Source: Scyliorhinus canicula (taxonomy: Eukaryota). Taken from it: 64,000 nucleotides of DNA. The stretch lies in assembly GCF_902713615.1 (NCBI RefSeq), contig NC_052159.1, forward strand, positions 128,980,432-129,044,431, in the 5' to 3' direction. The number at the start of each line of letters is the position of its first letter. Position 1 is the first letter of the stretch. The translations under genes were made by a program, and so were the position numbers. The notes below the pieces were generated by a model. That model was given only the letters and a program-made list of their open reading frames with translations, did not search any database and was not told the DNA's origin. Shown here in pieces: positions 35,700 to 49,875 of the stretch.

Positions 35700-36520
35700 G
35701 GGAAGACAAGGAAAGAGAATTTGCTGGAAAATCTCAGCAGGTCTTGCAGCATCTGTAGGGAGAGAAAATAGCTAATATTTTGAGTCCGATGACTCTTTGT
35801 CAAAGCTAACAGACAGAGAAAGTGGGAAATATTTATATTGTGGAGTGAGAATGAAAGATGAGTCATAGTCACAGAAACCCAGGGAAACCGGCTGCTAATG
35901 GGCACAGAAACCACGGGGAAAGAGTGCTAATGACAGTCCCCAGAGAGGACAAAAGTTGTGAAAGCCAAACAGCAGAAAAACTAACTGTAGATGTGGGGGG
36001 AGGGGAAGGGGGAAGCAAAGAGGAGAAAGATTAAGGAAAGGTGGATAAGATTGGGGGGGGGGGGGGGGTTAATATATATTAAGAAAGAAATGGTAAAAGA
36101 CAGTTAAAATGAAATGGGATAAAAACAAATGGGTTGAGGTGGGGGAGAGCTGGTCATCTGAAGTAGTTGAATTCGATGTTGAGACCGGAAGGCGTGCCTA
36201 ACCGGAAGATGAGATGTGGTTCTTCCAGTTTACGTTGAGCTTCACTGGAACATTGCAGCAGGCCAAGAACAGATATGTGGGCATGGGAGCAGGGCCTTTT
36301 GTTAAAATGGCAAACAACGGGAAGGTCAGGATCCTGAATGCGCACAGACCAAAGATGCTGAGCAAAGTGATCACCCTGTCTGCGTTTGATCTCTCCGATA
36401 TGGAGGAGGCCACATTGGGAGCGGCGAATGCAGTAGACCAAATTGGAAGAGATGCAAGTGAAACTCTGCTTAACCTAGAATGAGTGTTTTGGGCCTGGGA
36501 TGTTAAGCATGGAAGAGGTA
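35700..36520 (-). mobile_element. Penelope-like element 3' end with GIY-YIG endonuclease remnant
   Basis: VYCIRRSQCGLLHIGEIKRR...RKLEEPHLIFRLGT..GLNIEF at 36154-36441; decayed hammerhead-like motif ~35770-35810. Confidence 0.85.
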
Positions 36521-38174
36521 ATAGTGGGAAGACACATAAGATGAAGGGGTTTTATGGGCACAGAGTTGCAGGGGTGAAATTCGGTAGTGATAGTTGTGGG
36601 TCAAAATAATTTGTCACCAAAGCACACATCACATTATTAAAACCGTTTGTTGCTCACAATCTTAGGGTCTCACTTTCTTTGACTCTCCTCCCACTGGGAA
36701 AAGTCCTCACCCCATCTGGACACAACTTTTATCTCAGTCCCTCAATCTAGGGAAACGGTTAGACCCACTCAAACTGAGAGTAGCAGCCATCTTGGCATTA
36801 ATCAATGAACCCTTTACCCTCGCCCCAAATCCCCCTATAGTGCTACTGGACAAAGGGGTGGAGGCCTGAATACCACTCACACATGAGTTGCGAAATCAGC
36901 ATGCTTGCAGCAGACAGATAGACAGGGGTCAGATCTATGTAATAGCTGAGGGGCATTAGAGCTTTCCTCACTGAGAGTCATCATCACCCTCCTGCATTGA
37001 CAGGCTAAGCAGCACAAGGACTCCCAGGCCCAGCACCCTGACAAGATGTTTTTATTGCGAATCTCTCCCTTGGTCATGGAGGGGATCACAAAGATCTTGT
37101 GGGCTGGGGGGCGGGGGGTTGCAGAGCTGTTAAACAACATGATAGTCTGAGTATGTGAACCATGAAGTGATGAGGACATCTCTGGTCCTACTGCCCATGG
37201 GAAACCTCGCCCTGCCGGGCGTCCATTCTCCGGCTCCTCATTGGCCCCTCCCTCCACTCCCTCCTGGACATCCTCCTCATGATATTGAAATGCATTTAGA
37301 TTCAGTCAAATCAGGTTCTCACCCTTCCTGTGCGTGAACCTGATCACATCACTGGGGAAGACCTGGAAACAATGCATTCTGAAATCTCACAGGCACAAAT
37401 CCTGTTTCTGGCCTCTTGTGATATTTTGCAGCCATTTGAGCCATGAGGTTAACAGAGTATCGGATTCACCAATACACAGTATATCTGAAGTACAGTATAC
37501 TTACTCTAATATTCAATTCTTCTTGTGACAAAGGATAGCACTAAATTATTCTTTTTAATTATTTGCTGTCCTTGCATACTAACCTTTTGTGGCTCATGCA
37601 TTAGAACACCTAGATCCTTCAGCACTTGACTTTCTCTGGGTGCTCACTAATGAATTTCAGGTATGTTGAAACAGGTACATCGCTACAGGATGTATATATT
37701 TGAAACTCTCAAAACATAAATCTGCAGTAACTATAAAGTAATGCTCCAGGGTACAGCATTGGTCTCTCAAGTTGAGCCCCTTCAACGTGGCCAGGCATTG
37801 GGCTGTATAATCCTCCGGGAAGTACATCACATGGAACGTAAATAATTCCCATAAATTTGTGCACAAAGAAAAGCTCGATTGTGGTGACAAGCTTAGTTCC
37901 GGTTTAAAAGATTGAGGAAATTCTAGCATAATCGTGTCTGCACATACTTATGATACACTCCAATTTTATTCTTGTTTTACGCCCATTCAATGAGACCTGT
38001 GCCCAGACGCACTATGACTTACTATCATAGCTTCACATTCCATGAAGGGGAGCAGTACACTCTAATTTCCTGTGAATACACAGTTCAAAGCATATTGAAG
38101 GCACAGCAGGATTCATGATCAGATTTCTGGTGTTTTATGATTTATTAAGATTTTTTTTCTGTTTCAATGAATTT

Positions 38175-38395
38175 TTTTTTTTAATTTAGATTAGCCAATT
38201 AATTTTTCCAATTAAGGGGCAATTTAGCATGGCCAATCCACCTACTCTGCACATTTTTGGGTTGTGGGGGCGAAACCCACGCTGACACGGGGAGAACGTG
38301 CAAACTCCACACGGACAGTGACCCAGAGCCGGGATCGAACCTGGGACCTCAGTGCCGTGAGGCGGTTGTGCTAACCACTAGGCCACCGTGCTGCT
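38175..38395 (-). mobile_element. Short tRNA/V-domain SINE
   Basis: Head and core with A-rich tail. Confidence 0.8.
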
Positions 38396-39141
38396 CCTGT
38401 TTCAATGAATGTGCACAGCATCATAATAAGTTACACTAAAAATGAAAAGCCTCCACAATTGTATTTTCTGAAATGTCTTTGAATTTCCTCTGTGTTTTCC
38501 TCCAGGGGCTCAAACAGACCAATTAAATGACTTAAAAGATTGAGGTTTCTTTCCAGCTAGATATATGCCTTAGCTGCACTAAACCTAGTTCTTCTTCGTC
38601 TTTCATGGGTCTCTATTAATCCCTCCACACAAACAGATCTCCACCCAAAAACGTGGCCCTGTCCCAAGAACTTCAAAAACAGGTCTCTACTTGCTCAGAT
38701 GTTAATTTCCAATTCCAACCAGATTTTCAGGCACAACAGGAAAGAAATTAATTTTACTGGTGTTTCGTTGCAATTTCTTGATATTTTTGTTTCCTAATTT
38801 ATCTTCACTGAGACCCTGTCTGCATTTTCTAAGTCTTTTCATGTATTATTACGGCATCAATATAAATCACATTAAAAATTGTAATCCTCCCATTTTGCAA
38901 GCTCTTTAACAATGCTGTGCGTGCTGGACATGAATGGAGGTTGAATGAGTTGAAACACAATATTAATTGTGAATTAATTGAAAGGAGTATGGTATGTGTG
39001 TTTCCTAGGCCTCAGTTGTTCATTTACACTGATTTGTATCCCCAATTTAGGCATACTCTCATAAGGTTTGAAAAAATTTGGACGTAATTTCATTTTGGCA
39101 AAAGAAGCAAGGTGATGGGCCCAATTTTGGATCTACCTTCT

Positions 39142-39560
39142 GATTTGGATTTGTTTATTGTCACGTGTACCGAGGTATAGTGAAAAGTATTTTTCTGCGC
39201 GCAACTCAAATAGATCAATTAGTATATGAAAGAAAAAAAAATACATAATAGGGCAACACAAGTTGCACAATTTAAATACCTAGACACTGGCATCGGGTGA
39301 AGCATACAGGAGTGCAGTATTAATCAGGTCAGTCCATAAGATGACCGTTTAGGAGTCTGGTAACAGTGGGGAAGAAGCTGTTTTTGAATCTGTTAGTGCG
39401 TGTTCTCAGACTTCTGTATCTCTTGCCGATGGAAGAACTTGAAAGAGTGAGTAAACAGGGTGGGAGGGATCTTTGATTATGCTGCCCACTTTCCCAAGGC
39501 TGTGTAGATAGAGTCAATGGATGGGAGGCAGGTTTGTGTGATGGACTAGGCTGTGTACAC
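39142..39560 (-). mobile_element. Rex1/Babar LINE 3' end
   Basis: GKRYRSLRTRTNRFKNSFFP peptide; overlaps in sequence with 19105-19230. Confidence 0.8.
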
Positions 39561-40302
39561 CCCACCTGGCTGGCTCTATTTCAGAGACAAAGATGTCCTC
39601 TCTTCCACAGATTTCATGGAGTCAGGCCAGGTATAAATAAATAATTAAATAAATAATGCAGAAGACAATTCCTAGATAACTGATCAAAGTCCATTGTTGC
39701 TATTTTAACAAACAATGGTGGATATCATTGTATAGGAAGGTAAATTGGACATTCCAAATTCTCCGTCAGTGTACCCGAACAGGGGATTAGGGGATTAGGG
39801 GATTTTCACAGTAATTTCATTGCAGTGTTAATATAAGACTACTTGTGACACTAATATTATGATTAGGTCTTAAAATAGTTATGGTTTATGGCAGAGGAGG
39901 TGCTTGGTCTATATACCACCTTGGCACCAGCCAGCCCCTGTGGCTTCTTCCGATCTGAATTTGAGGCTGACCGACCCGACTTTGTCCTTTACCCACGCAT
40001 TTCCAGAATGAAGAACTGAAGACCCCACCACTCAGAGCACTTCTTTTACCGAGGTGGGTGCAGCAAGCCAGGAAATACCTCAGTTGTGCACCCATGCCTC
40101 GTGAGTGAAAATTCAGGCCAATGTGTGACACTATTTGACAAAGAAAGATCTGCATTTATACCACACTTTTCATGACTGCTGTCTCAAATCACTTTAGGGG
40201 CAATGAAATACTTCCACCCTGGGCGGGTGCGCAGCTAATGCCAACCCCACAGGCCACAAAGTCCCAACGTAAGTGAATTAACCGATAATCTGTGTAAAGT
40301 TT

Positions 40303-40635
40303 GTAGCATGGTAGCACAAGTGGGTAGCACTGTGATTTCACAGCACCAGGGTCCCAGGTTCGATATCCTGCTGGGTCACTGTACGTGCGGAGTCTGCACA
40401 TTCTCCCCATGTGTGTGTTGATTTCCTCCGGATTCTCCGGTTTCCTCCCACAGTCCAAAAGACGTGCAGGTTAGGTGGATTGACCATAAGAAATTGCCCT
40501 TAGTGACCAAAAATGAAAGGTTAGGAGGGGTTATTGGATTCCGGGGATAGGGTGGAAGTAAGGGCTTAAGTGGGTCGGTGCAGACTCGATGGGCCGAATG
40601 GCCTCCTTTTGCACTGTATGTTCCATGTTCTATGA
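40303..40635 (+). mobile_element. HE1-type SINE
   Basis: Head, core, tail. Confidence 0.85.
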
Positions 40636-41669
40636 TTTAAGGCCCTCAACTGCTCCAATGACCTACAGGCATCAGATTTATAAGTAAAACATAAAAGAAC
40701 AGTTTATTTATATCAAGAGAAGAGTTAAAATGTAATGGCAATAGTTGCTGATCTAATTACTCCTCAGCCACCGTCTCACCCTCCACCCCCACACACACAA
40801 GACAGATACACAGTCGGGTTGGGAAGGATCAAAATAATGGGGATTAAAAGGGCATAAGAGTTGAGTATTTTTGCTGATGAGGTTATGGTCTTTGTAGTCG
40901 GTGCTTTCCTCAGGATGTGGAGTGATGAAACCCACCAGGTAGGTTGGACCTTCTGGTTTGTACCTTCAATTCGACCCCAGAAGATGTAGAATTCCCTCTC
41001 GGGAGTCATTTTCACTTGACTGATGCCCACCAGATTGGCTCTCAGTCTCGCGAAGACAATTTTAGAATTCTCTGCCTGAATTTCAAAGAGAATTTCCCTC
41101 CACTCTGCCACTCTAGTTCTTGTCTGGCTTTGTGGCTGCAGGGTAGAAAGAAAGGAAAAGGATTTTTCTTTAGGCCTTTAGAGGTCTCAGGAGAGAGCTG
41201 CCAGCACTGCTTTCCTCAGCCTTTCAAACTGGGCTTTCACAGACCTGGCTATAGAGACTCTTTGCAGTCTAATAATCAGAAGTTAAATACCAGCCTAAGC
41301 TGATAGAGAGTTCAAACCTACTCTCCCTAGGTATAAGCAGAACAAAATGCAAGATAGAGTCTGCACCCCTTCTTCCAGTATCATCTGAAGCTCCTCACCA
41401 ATCGACATCAAAAAACTCACATGTCCTGGGATTCGAAAAGAGATGATTGGCTGCCAGCCAAGTCCATCAAAATGTGGCATCACTGGATTATACCACATCG
41501 CACACTGCACTGAGGGGAGTCGTCGGGCCAGTTCAAACAGTACCTTGTAACCGGGGTCTTTCAGTTTAGAACCAAAGTCTTCAGAACTGTGGAATCCAGC
41601 ATAACAGAACATAAAGGAGATCCCACAGGTAAGCCAGATTTAAACGGGGAGATCAAAGTTTAAACATGA

Positions 41670-42030
41670 GGTTTCTTACAAAGTGTAGTCATTGTTGTAT
41701 TCTTGCAAACATGGCAGCTAATCTGCGCGCAGCAAACCTCTACAAATAACAATGTGATAGTGACCAGATAATCTGCTTTTATGATGTTGACCTCGGGATG
41801 AATATCGGCTCCGGGACAAGGAATAACTCCCCTGCTGGTCTTTAAATTAGTGCCATGAAATCTTTCACATCCAGCGGATGGGGCCCTGATCTCATCCAAA
41901 AGGCAACAGCTTGAAGAATGCAGCACTCCATTTGTATTGCACTCAAGTGCCAGCCTTAACTGTTTTGTTCTGGAGTGGGACTTGAACCCAGAACCTTGTG
42001 ATTCAGAGAGAAGCATGTTACTAAGACAAT
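41670..42030 (-). mobile_element. Deu-domain SINE (SacSINE1-like)
   Basis: GGGTTCAAGTCCCACTCCAG box-B head; GACCAGATAATCTG core also seen at ~32640 and ~40280. Confidence 0.65.
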
Positions 42031-42492
42031 GTATGGTGAGGGTAAGATTGTCATGAAAAACATGATAATGACAATGCAACTCATTGACAAAGCAATAAAA
42101 ATGTCTGCTATAATACTCCTGGTAACATTTTCTGTCTTGCTGTGATTTTTTAAAGATGTTTTGGAATAAAATACTGGAAAGCTGCCTGTCCTAGGATATT
42201 AATCCAAATTAACTGTGCATAAAAATAAGTTATAAACAGTTTAGTAGATGTATTATATATATTTGATCAAAGATTGACATTATTAAACAATTATTAAAGG
42301 CCCAGATCATCTGAAAGCATTTGGAAAACAACAGTTAAAATCGAACAAATGTCATGTGCTGGATAATTCACAAAACCCTGCAGCTTCACAGAGTCTATAT
42401 ATATTGAAAAAAATTGGGTAATCTGGATCAGCTCAACCAATGAAAGACTTTTGAGAGCATTATCTCCCACATTCTGGTTTAAAGTTGGTCTT

Positions 42493-42524
<32 letters not shown>

Positions 42525-42925
42525 GAAACTATAAGTTCGGAGAGGCAGTGTCCATTATTTTTTCACATTGTCCATCTATTTCGTGCAAATCTAAAGTCCC
42601 AGGTCAGTAATTCAATCGAGATTTTAGAACATAGTGTTAGTATTGTTTTCTTGCTTTCAGACAGTACAACTTTGAGCAGACCTGAAGGAGCTAATGCGGT
42701 ACTGTGGTACTGGGGTTGCTGCATAGAGCCAGGGACCTGGGTTCAATTCCCGCTTGAGTCACTGTCTGTGCGGAGTCTGCACATTCTCCACATGTCTGTG
42801 TGGGCATCCTCCGGGTGCTCCGGTTTCCTCCCACAAGTCCCGAAAGATGTACTGTTAGGTAATTTGGACATTCTGAATTCGCCCTCAGTGTATCTGAACA
42901 GGCGCCGGAATATGGCGACTTCTAA
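42493..42925 (+). repeat. Dispersed duplication, copy 1: (TG)n + ~200 bp unique + SINE core
   Basis: Colinear with 46335-46740. Confidence 0.85.
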
Positions 42926-44059
42926 GTAGATTTTACAGACTACAGTTCATTCATGAAAGCCCATGCTACATATTTAAACTTCCTAAATGGTAAATCCCTT
43001 CTAAAGCCAGACATTGTTATTCATAACCTCACATCAAAGACAGGTAATCCTGAGATCATTTTTGTTTGCTGTCAATCAAATTGTGAACTCACAGCCCCCC
43101 ACTGTGTTAATGATAGGTTGTGGAAAGCAGCCGAGCATTAATAATGTCAGAATGATAACACTTAGGATGCTGACAGTTAATTGTTAAAACTGCTTGCTCA
43201 TTTTTTTTCAACTCTCAGGCACAATCAGTCAGGTTTAATTTTCCATATTTTTAAAGGGCATGCATTGTAAATAATTTGTTAGCTCTATCAACCTTATCTC
43301 CCCTTTAAGAGCATTTATGTTTACTAATAATTTATAACTGACACACTGAGGGATAAGGCACTTTGCACTGAAAAATCTTGACCAACATAATTATTTTATT
43401 TCCAGGTTTATGATGCACCTTTTGGCATGTGAGCCCAGTGCCTATATTTAAGACATAGTTTTTAACACTTTGTTATTTTGTCAGGAAGTCTCAACTACAA
43501 AGAGTGTGTGTTGCAAATTCTGGCATTTGCAGCACAAATGTGCCGCACAAGTAATCATATTTCTGTGAGGCCAGAATTTCTAGCCTGTGCTTCTGACAGC
43601 AAGGTTCCCTGTTGCGTTTTAATTACTAAAGACAAAAAACAACTTATGCTAGCTTTACGTTCATTCACAGATGCCTTTCAACAGGATGCACTTCCAATTG
43701 ATTATGTTTCAGAAATAGCCACACAATTTTCTTTATACTTGAACAGCAATTAAATAGCTTAGTCTAGGTTAGATATTTAATACATTGTAGTTTTAGAGTC
43801 TACTGTTGATGCATCATTCTGGAATTTCCTATTGATTGTTAAACATTATCTGAGAGATTGATTAATGAAACAGTAGCCCCTGATATTATTATCTTTGGTT
43901 GGGGAATACATTGTGCAACAACACCAACCTGACCAGCAGACGTAGGTAGAGGACTGAGCAGTTGATGATAATGAAACCCATGCGTTTCAATGTGGTTGCA
44001 GCAAGCCAGTGGTTTACTCTTTCATATTGTTTCACAAGAATTATTGTAATGATAATAAT

Positions 44060-44342
44060 AATAGTCTTTCTTAGTGTCACAAGTAGGCTTACACTGCAAT
44101 TAATTTACTGTGAAAATCTCCTAATCATCACACTGTTTGGGTACGCCAAGCGAAAATTCAGAATGTCCAATTCACCTAATAAGCCCGTGTTGTGGGACTT
44201 GTGGAGAGGAAACCGCAGCACCCGGAGTAAACCCATGCAGACATGGGCAGAAAGTGCACAGACAGTGACCCAAGCGGGAATCAAACCTGGTACCCTGTCG
44301 CTGTGAAGCAACAATGGTAACCACTGTGCTATCGTGCTGCCC
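44060..44342 (-). mobile_element. V-domain SINE with a different tail (GTAAGCCTACTTGTGACACT type)
   Basis: tRNA-like head, core, (TAT)n tail. Confidence 0.75.
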
Positions 44343-45572
44343 TAATAATTGTGCCATTAAATATTTTACAATAAATGGACTGCTTGAAATCACTTCTTTG
44401 AGGTAAAAATGTTAACGATGTGCTTCTCTTCTGCTTCCACAGTGCTAAAAGTACAGTGACATCCCAACGATAGTCCCCGAGCAAGCCAGCCCTTCACAGG
44501 AGCCAGAACATGACTGCTCATCGCCTGTACCAGCCAGCAGCACGGAGATGCAGATCCAGGCAGATTCAATATCAGGTCATAGTTAACAGGCCAGGTCGCA
44601 CCAGAAGAGAGAGGACCAGAGCTAAGATCAAACAGCAGTCATCAGAACAGAATGTTAGCTGTGTTTCACCCTCCACAGAGGCTGGCTAACCTGCTGAACA
44701 TATCAAGTACGTTCTCTTTTTATTTCAAGTTTGCAGAATTTGCAGTGTTTTTCTCATGATCTTGGTGGATGATGTTAGTTTGAGGAAGTTACAGTGCAGG
44801 CACGAGAAGGAACAAATCGTGATGTCAGGTGTTTAGGATTGGGGCACTAGAACTCCATCAAACTGTCCCTAATACTCAGCAGCCAACCATCACGCTAATG
44901 TATTCCACAAAGAATAACACCAGGGTCTATTGCTGTTGTAATCAGTACAATAGGAAGACAGAATACCCTTTCTTGCCATCTGGTATCTCTGGCAATCCTT
45001 TTGAGTTGCTCGTTCTTCTCCATTAAGTCAAGTACTGAACATTGTTCCAATTTTTGTGGGTTTTCTGTCAGGAAAAGCTCAATGGAAACAGTTTTCTTCA
45101 GATTCCAATAAGATCTTTGCTTAGTCACATCACTGACCAGTCAACACCCACTGGGTATTGATTGTACGATCAATCGAAGGAACAAAATACAGATTTTGTT
45201 CACAATAAATTCTATAAGTTTCATTCCACCCATGTTGGATTAGCTTTGTGTTGAGATGTCTGTTCTCTAACCTCGTATGTGAGGCACTTGAACAGAGTTG
45301 TGTCTGTTGACAGTGAAGAATACCAGCCCTATTAGCCTAATTAAATTAGGCAACATTCACCTTGCTTGGATATTTAGCTTTGATGTGTGCGTACTGTAAT
45401 TGAATATATGAGTAAATTTCTCAGCAACTAGCAGTGCAAAGATCCCCTTTGGGGTGAAAAACAGGGGGTGCTTGTGTAACATATATGAGTGGCCTTTGCT
45501 ACTAATAGATGTTTTTTTCCTTTTGCGGCTGTTGTTTTATGTCGATGAACAGCTTCATAACAAAACCAATTC

Positions 45573-45720
45573 AATGTATTGAGGCCTTGGGCCTTGTGAT
45601 TGATGTGCTCGTGATTGTTAAATGTATTGAGGCCTTGGGCCTTGTGACTGATATGCTCATGTGACTGTCAAATGTATTAGCGGCCCTGTGCCTTGTGACT
45701 GTTTTATTCATATGAATGTC
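45573..45720. repeat. Minisatellite, ~3 copies of a ~49-bp unit
   Basis: AATGTATTGAGGCCTTGGGCCTTGTGA repeated. Confidence 0.8.
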
Positions 45721-46334
45721 GGAATGTTACCACAATAAAATAAGAGCACTGCAAAGATAATGTATGAAATTTACAGTGACATACAAAACCTCTTGTTTTT
45801 TTTAACACCGTCAAGCAAGTTGGAAATTAGGCAGTAAGCCAGAGATTTTCAAGGTGTGGGTAGCGACCCGCACCATGGGTGTAAGAAGGGTTGCGGGGTG
45901 TTCCCATCAGCTACTAACGCAGTGTTTCCCAATGGTAGCATTCTGAGGCCTGCAGGGAAAACACTGCCTAAAACACTACCTGACACTGGGAGTATTCTGC
46001 ATTTAAATAGCGTATTACTTGCACACTATAAAATAAGCTGAGAGCTACAAACCTGTCTACTCTTCCACGTGTAGTTGAGGAGAATCTGCAGCACACCCGC
46101 AGGTGCTTTGTGTGTGATCTCCAGCCGTCTTGGGTCTGACAGGCTGCCGACTTGCAGTGTTCCGCAAGGTGGACAGCTTGTGGACAGAGTCGCAGTTGAG
46201 GAAAAGGAGCATAAAATCCTCATCAAATTAAAAAGGACTTAGAAATCGGAAAGAAATGATAGGTGAGTAATATGCTGATTCCCAAGCATCTGCAAAACAA
46301 TAGGACCGGCTAACATTTGGGGTGCAGTGCGTTT

Positions 46335-46805
46335 GAGTGTGTATGTATGTGTATGTGTGTAGAAACTATAAGTTGGGAGATGCAGTGTCCATTATTTTTT
46401 CACATTGTCCATCTATTTCGAGCAAATCTTAAGTCACGGGTCGGTAATTCAATCAAGATTTTAATATGTAGTGTTAGTTTTGTTTTCTTGCTTTCAGACA
46501 GTATAACTTCGAGCAGACTTGTACGAGCTAATGCGGCACAGTGGTACTGGGGTTGCTGCACAGCGCTAGGGACCTGGGTCACTGTGCGGAATCTGCACAT
46601 TCTCCGCACGTCTGTGTGGGCTTCCTCCGGGTGCTCCGGTTTCCGCCCACATGTCCCGAAAGATGTGCTGTGAGTTAATTTGGACATTCTGAATTCACCC
46701 TCAGTGTACCTGAACAGGCACTGGAATGTGGCGACTTGGGGATTTTCACAGCAACTTCATTTTAGTGTTAATGTAAGCCTACTTGTGACACTAATAAAGA
46801 TTATT
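46335..46805 (+). repeat. Dispersed duplication, copy 2
   Basis: Colinear with 42493-42925. Confidence 0.85.
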
Positions 46806-47559
46806 ATGCGTATATGCAAGTTGATGGTGTAATGTAGAACAAGGGAAGCTCCTGCAAGCACTCCCCACCAACCGCAACCACCCCCCCAAAAGCAGCGTTC
46901 TCGCCGATTATCCACCACAGGAGGCCATTGCCAGAGGCCTGCCCCGCTACTCTCCGCCCCTGACTGACCGAATTCCCGACGGCGTAGACCACCCATGGTC
47001 GTGCTGTTCAGGATACTCGCGAAGTGGCTGCAGACTCAGTCCACGGCCGCCACAGTCGGGCACGGGCCGATCGCAGGGCAGGGGGTCCTCATTTGGGACT
47101 GAGGTATTTTTGTGTGGGCGGTCCGGGTCGGGCAAGCGGCCGACCAGGGAGCACTATTTCCACGGTCCAGGTCCGCAGTCTCGGTTCGCTGTGCACATGC
47201 ACGGCCTCTGATTCAGAAGTGCGGGGGGGTCGCATCGGCAGCTAGAGCTGCGAGCCCCATGAAAGCTGCCTGATCGCTCCCTGCAAGACTATGAATCTGG
47301 GTAAAAGACCACAGTTTTCACGACGGCGTGGGGACGTAGTCTCATAGATGGAGAATCCTGCCCTGCATCTCTCTCAGTGCTGGAATTATCACCCATCCAC
47401 TTGGTAAAAATTCATGTCAATTACAACTTCCAGCTTGTAATGTTTTCCTATCTTAAATGGTTACTCTCAGATGATGTTCACTGTTGCAATTCATTTGTAG
47501 AACCACTGTAATAATTTAATTGATGTGCATTGCTGAGGGACATTTTTATTGTCCATTTA

Positions 47560-47897
47560 GGGGCAGCACGGTAGCATGGTGGTTAGCATAAATGCTTCAC
47601 AGCTCCAGGGTCCCAGGTTCGGTTGCCGGTTGGGTCACTGTCTGTGCGGAGTCTGCACGTCCTCCCCGTGTGTGCGTGGGTTTCCTCCGGGCGCTCCGGT
47701 TTCCTCCCACAGCCCAAAGATGTGCGGGTTAGGTGGATTGGCTATGCTACTTAGTGTACTTTAAAGTAAGGTTAGGGGGGGGGGGTTGTTGGGTTACGGG
47801 TATAGGGTGGATACGTGGGTTTGAGTAGAGTGATCATTGCTCGGCACAACATCGAGGGCCGAAGGGCCTGTTCTGTGCTGTACTGTTCTATGTTCTA
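47560..47897 (+). mobile_element. HE1-type SINE
   Basis: Head, core, tail. Confidence 0.88.
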
Positions 47898-48126
47898 TTA
47901 CTCTTTCCCACTGATGCAAAAGGTTTTTACTGCTGCAAATGGATATGAAACTGTGCTGGAGAAAAAAGTAGCTTTTTTACCTTTAAGCAGCCTTTGGCCT
48001 TTAGTTTGGTACTTTCCAAGTCTCTATGGAGCCTCTTGTACAGACCTGCTACAGTTTTCATTTGAAGAGGCCAGTTTGTTTAGTTGCAGAACCTGTCCAC
48101 CTGTACCAAGAATTTCATCTCACGTC

Positions 48127-49106
48127 TGTAGCCACCTAAAATGGATGCTGAGCTACAAAAATAGGCCAAGCGCTAATACTGCTGGGAAACAGACAGTTTA
48201 GCCAGAACAGCAGTCTGCAAAGAGCATTTTGCATTCTGCAGCAGCAGAAACCAGTTTGGGCTCAGGTGAGAAGACCTTAGCTAGGTGCAAATGGCAAAAC
48301 GCTTTGCATGCTAATGAGGCAATCAGACCTGAACACCCACACAATAGATACATTTGATTCTGAATGGACACATTTTAATCAAGGCCCAGACATCGAGGCA
48401 CCAGAAACCTCCAAACAAAAGGGCATAAGAAACGCCCCCCCCATCACGGAGACCCCCTCGCATTGGGGAATTAAAACAGTATCGATGAGGAATTGACCCA
48501 ATAGGTAGAGCCCGCCCAAGAAGAGGGAAGGACAATGGAACCCCTATAAAAGATAGGGACCTCGTGTTGTCCGGTCTGTTTTGTGCTCCGGCTTAACTTC
48601 GGTCAAGGTCTGTTTTTCCGTGCTCCGGCTCTGACCACGACCTTGAAGATCCACTCTGACTCCAGCCGTTGAGCACCAGCCGCCGAACCGTAAGTGCCAG
48701 TACGACGCTCGCTACGCGAACTAAGCCCGCTAGAACCCCCAGTGACCAGAACGCTTGCTGAAGGTTGCAGCCCAAGACCAGGACGAAGGCCTCGCTCCCT
48801 GACCTTGCCTGTTCCTGTTAGATAAGTATTCTGATTACTTTAGTTTAGTCATTGCTTAGTCTCTTAGTGTGTGCATGAATATTTATTATTACTGTATAAT
48901 AAATATTATCGTTTGGACCTTACTAATCGGTGTATCGTCTTTATTACTTTGAACTTGACCTTGGAATACTAGTGACGTTGTCTATACGGCAACTGGCGAC
49001 TCCTAAAGCTGAATAAATACATAAGACAGAGCCTAGTGGTGTTAAGCACTTGGAAGTTAATACACCCCAATAAACGCGTTTTACGCCCATAGTAAAACGT
49101 GCAACA
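48127..49106 (+). mobile_element. Solo LTR of a sister subfamily of the 2271-12140 element
   Basis: TGTAGCC...GTGCAACA; colinear with the provirus LTR with scattered substitutions and an R-region insertion; TSD CGTC at 48123-48126 and 49107-49110. Confidence 0.95.
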
Positions 49107-49369
49107 CGTCATTTCTCTTTCTCATGTCCTGTTATCTTCTCCTCTCTCTTTCTCTCCCTCCTCATTTAGAATCAATAGTGTCATATATATTCTCATGCTT
49201 TGGTATTACCATGTAGTATTACAAGTATAAAAAAAAAGGTTCGGAGGGGTTATTGAGTTCCGGGGGTAGGGTGGAAGTGTGAGGGCTTAAGGGTCGTGCA
49301 GACTCGATGGGCCGAATGGCCTCCTTCTGCGCTGTATGTTCTATTACAATTTAATTGGGACATTTAGCG

Positions 49370-49875
49370 CTTGACTAGCATTGGAGGCAGTCGAGAGAAG
49401 GTTCACTAGGTTGCTCCGGGGTATGGAGGGATATTCTTCTGAGGAGAGATTGAGTGGACCTGTACTCATTGGAGTTCAGATGAATGAGATGTGATCTTAT
49501 TGAGACATGTCGGATTCTCATGGGGCTTGGGTGAGAACATGCTGCGAGAATGTATCATCTTGTGGGAAAGTAGGACCAGAGGGCATAACCTCAGAGTAAG
49601 GGTCACCTATTTAAGGCAGAGATGAGACAGAATTTCTTCTCTCAGAGGATAATGAATGTGTGGAATTCTTTAACGCAGAGGCTGGGTCATTAAATTTGTT
49701 CAAAGCGGAGATAGGCAGTTCTTTAATCAGCAAGGGAATAAATGGTTATTGGGATAAAGCAGGAAAGTGCAGTTGAGGATTATCATATCAGATCTGTCAT
49801 GGTCTCATTGAATGGTGGAGCAAACCCGATGGGCCAATTGGCTTACGGCTGTTCCTACATCTCATGATCTTATGG
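49370..49875 (+). mobile_element. CR1/HER1 LINE 3' fragment
   Basis: Decayed RRFTRL/EERL coding and CR1 tail. Confidence 0.75.

Noticed and set aside
44425-44660. Possible host exon after CTTCCACAG
   Set aside because: In-frame stop, no recognisable protein and no partner exons
45573-45720. CRISPR-like repeat array
   Set aside because: Eukaryotic minisatellite; the intervening sequences are similar to each other, not unique spacers
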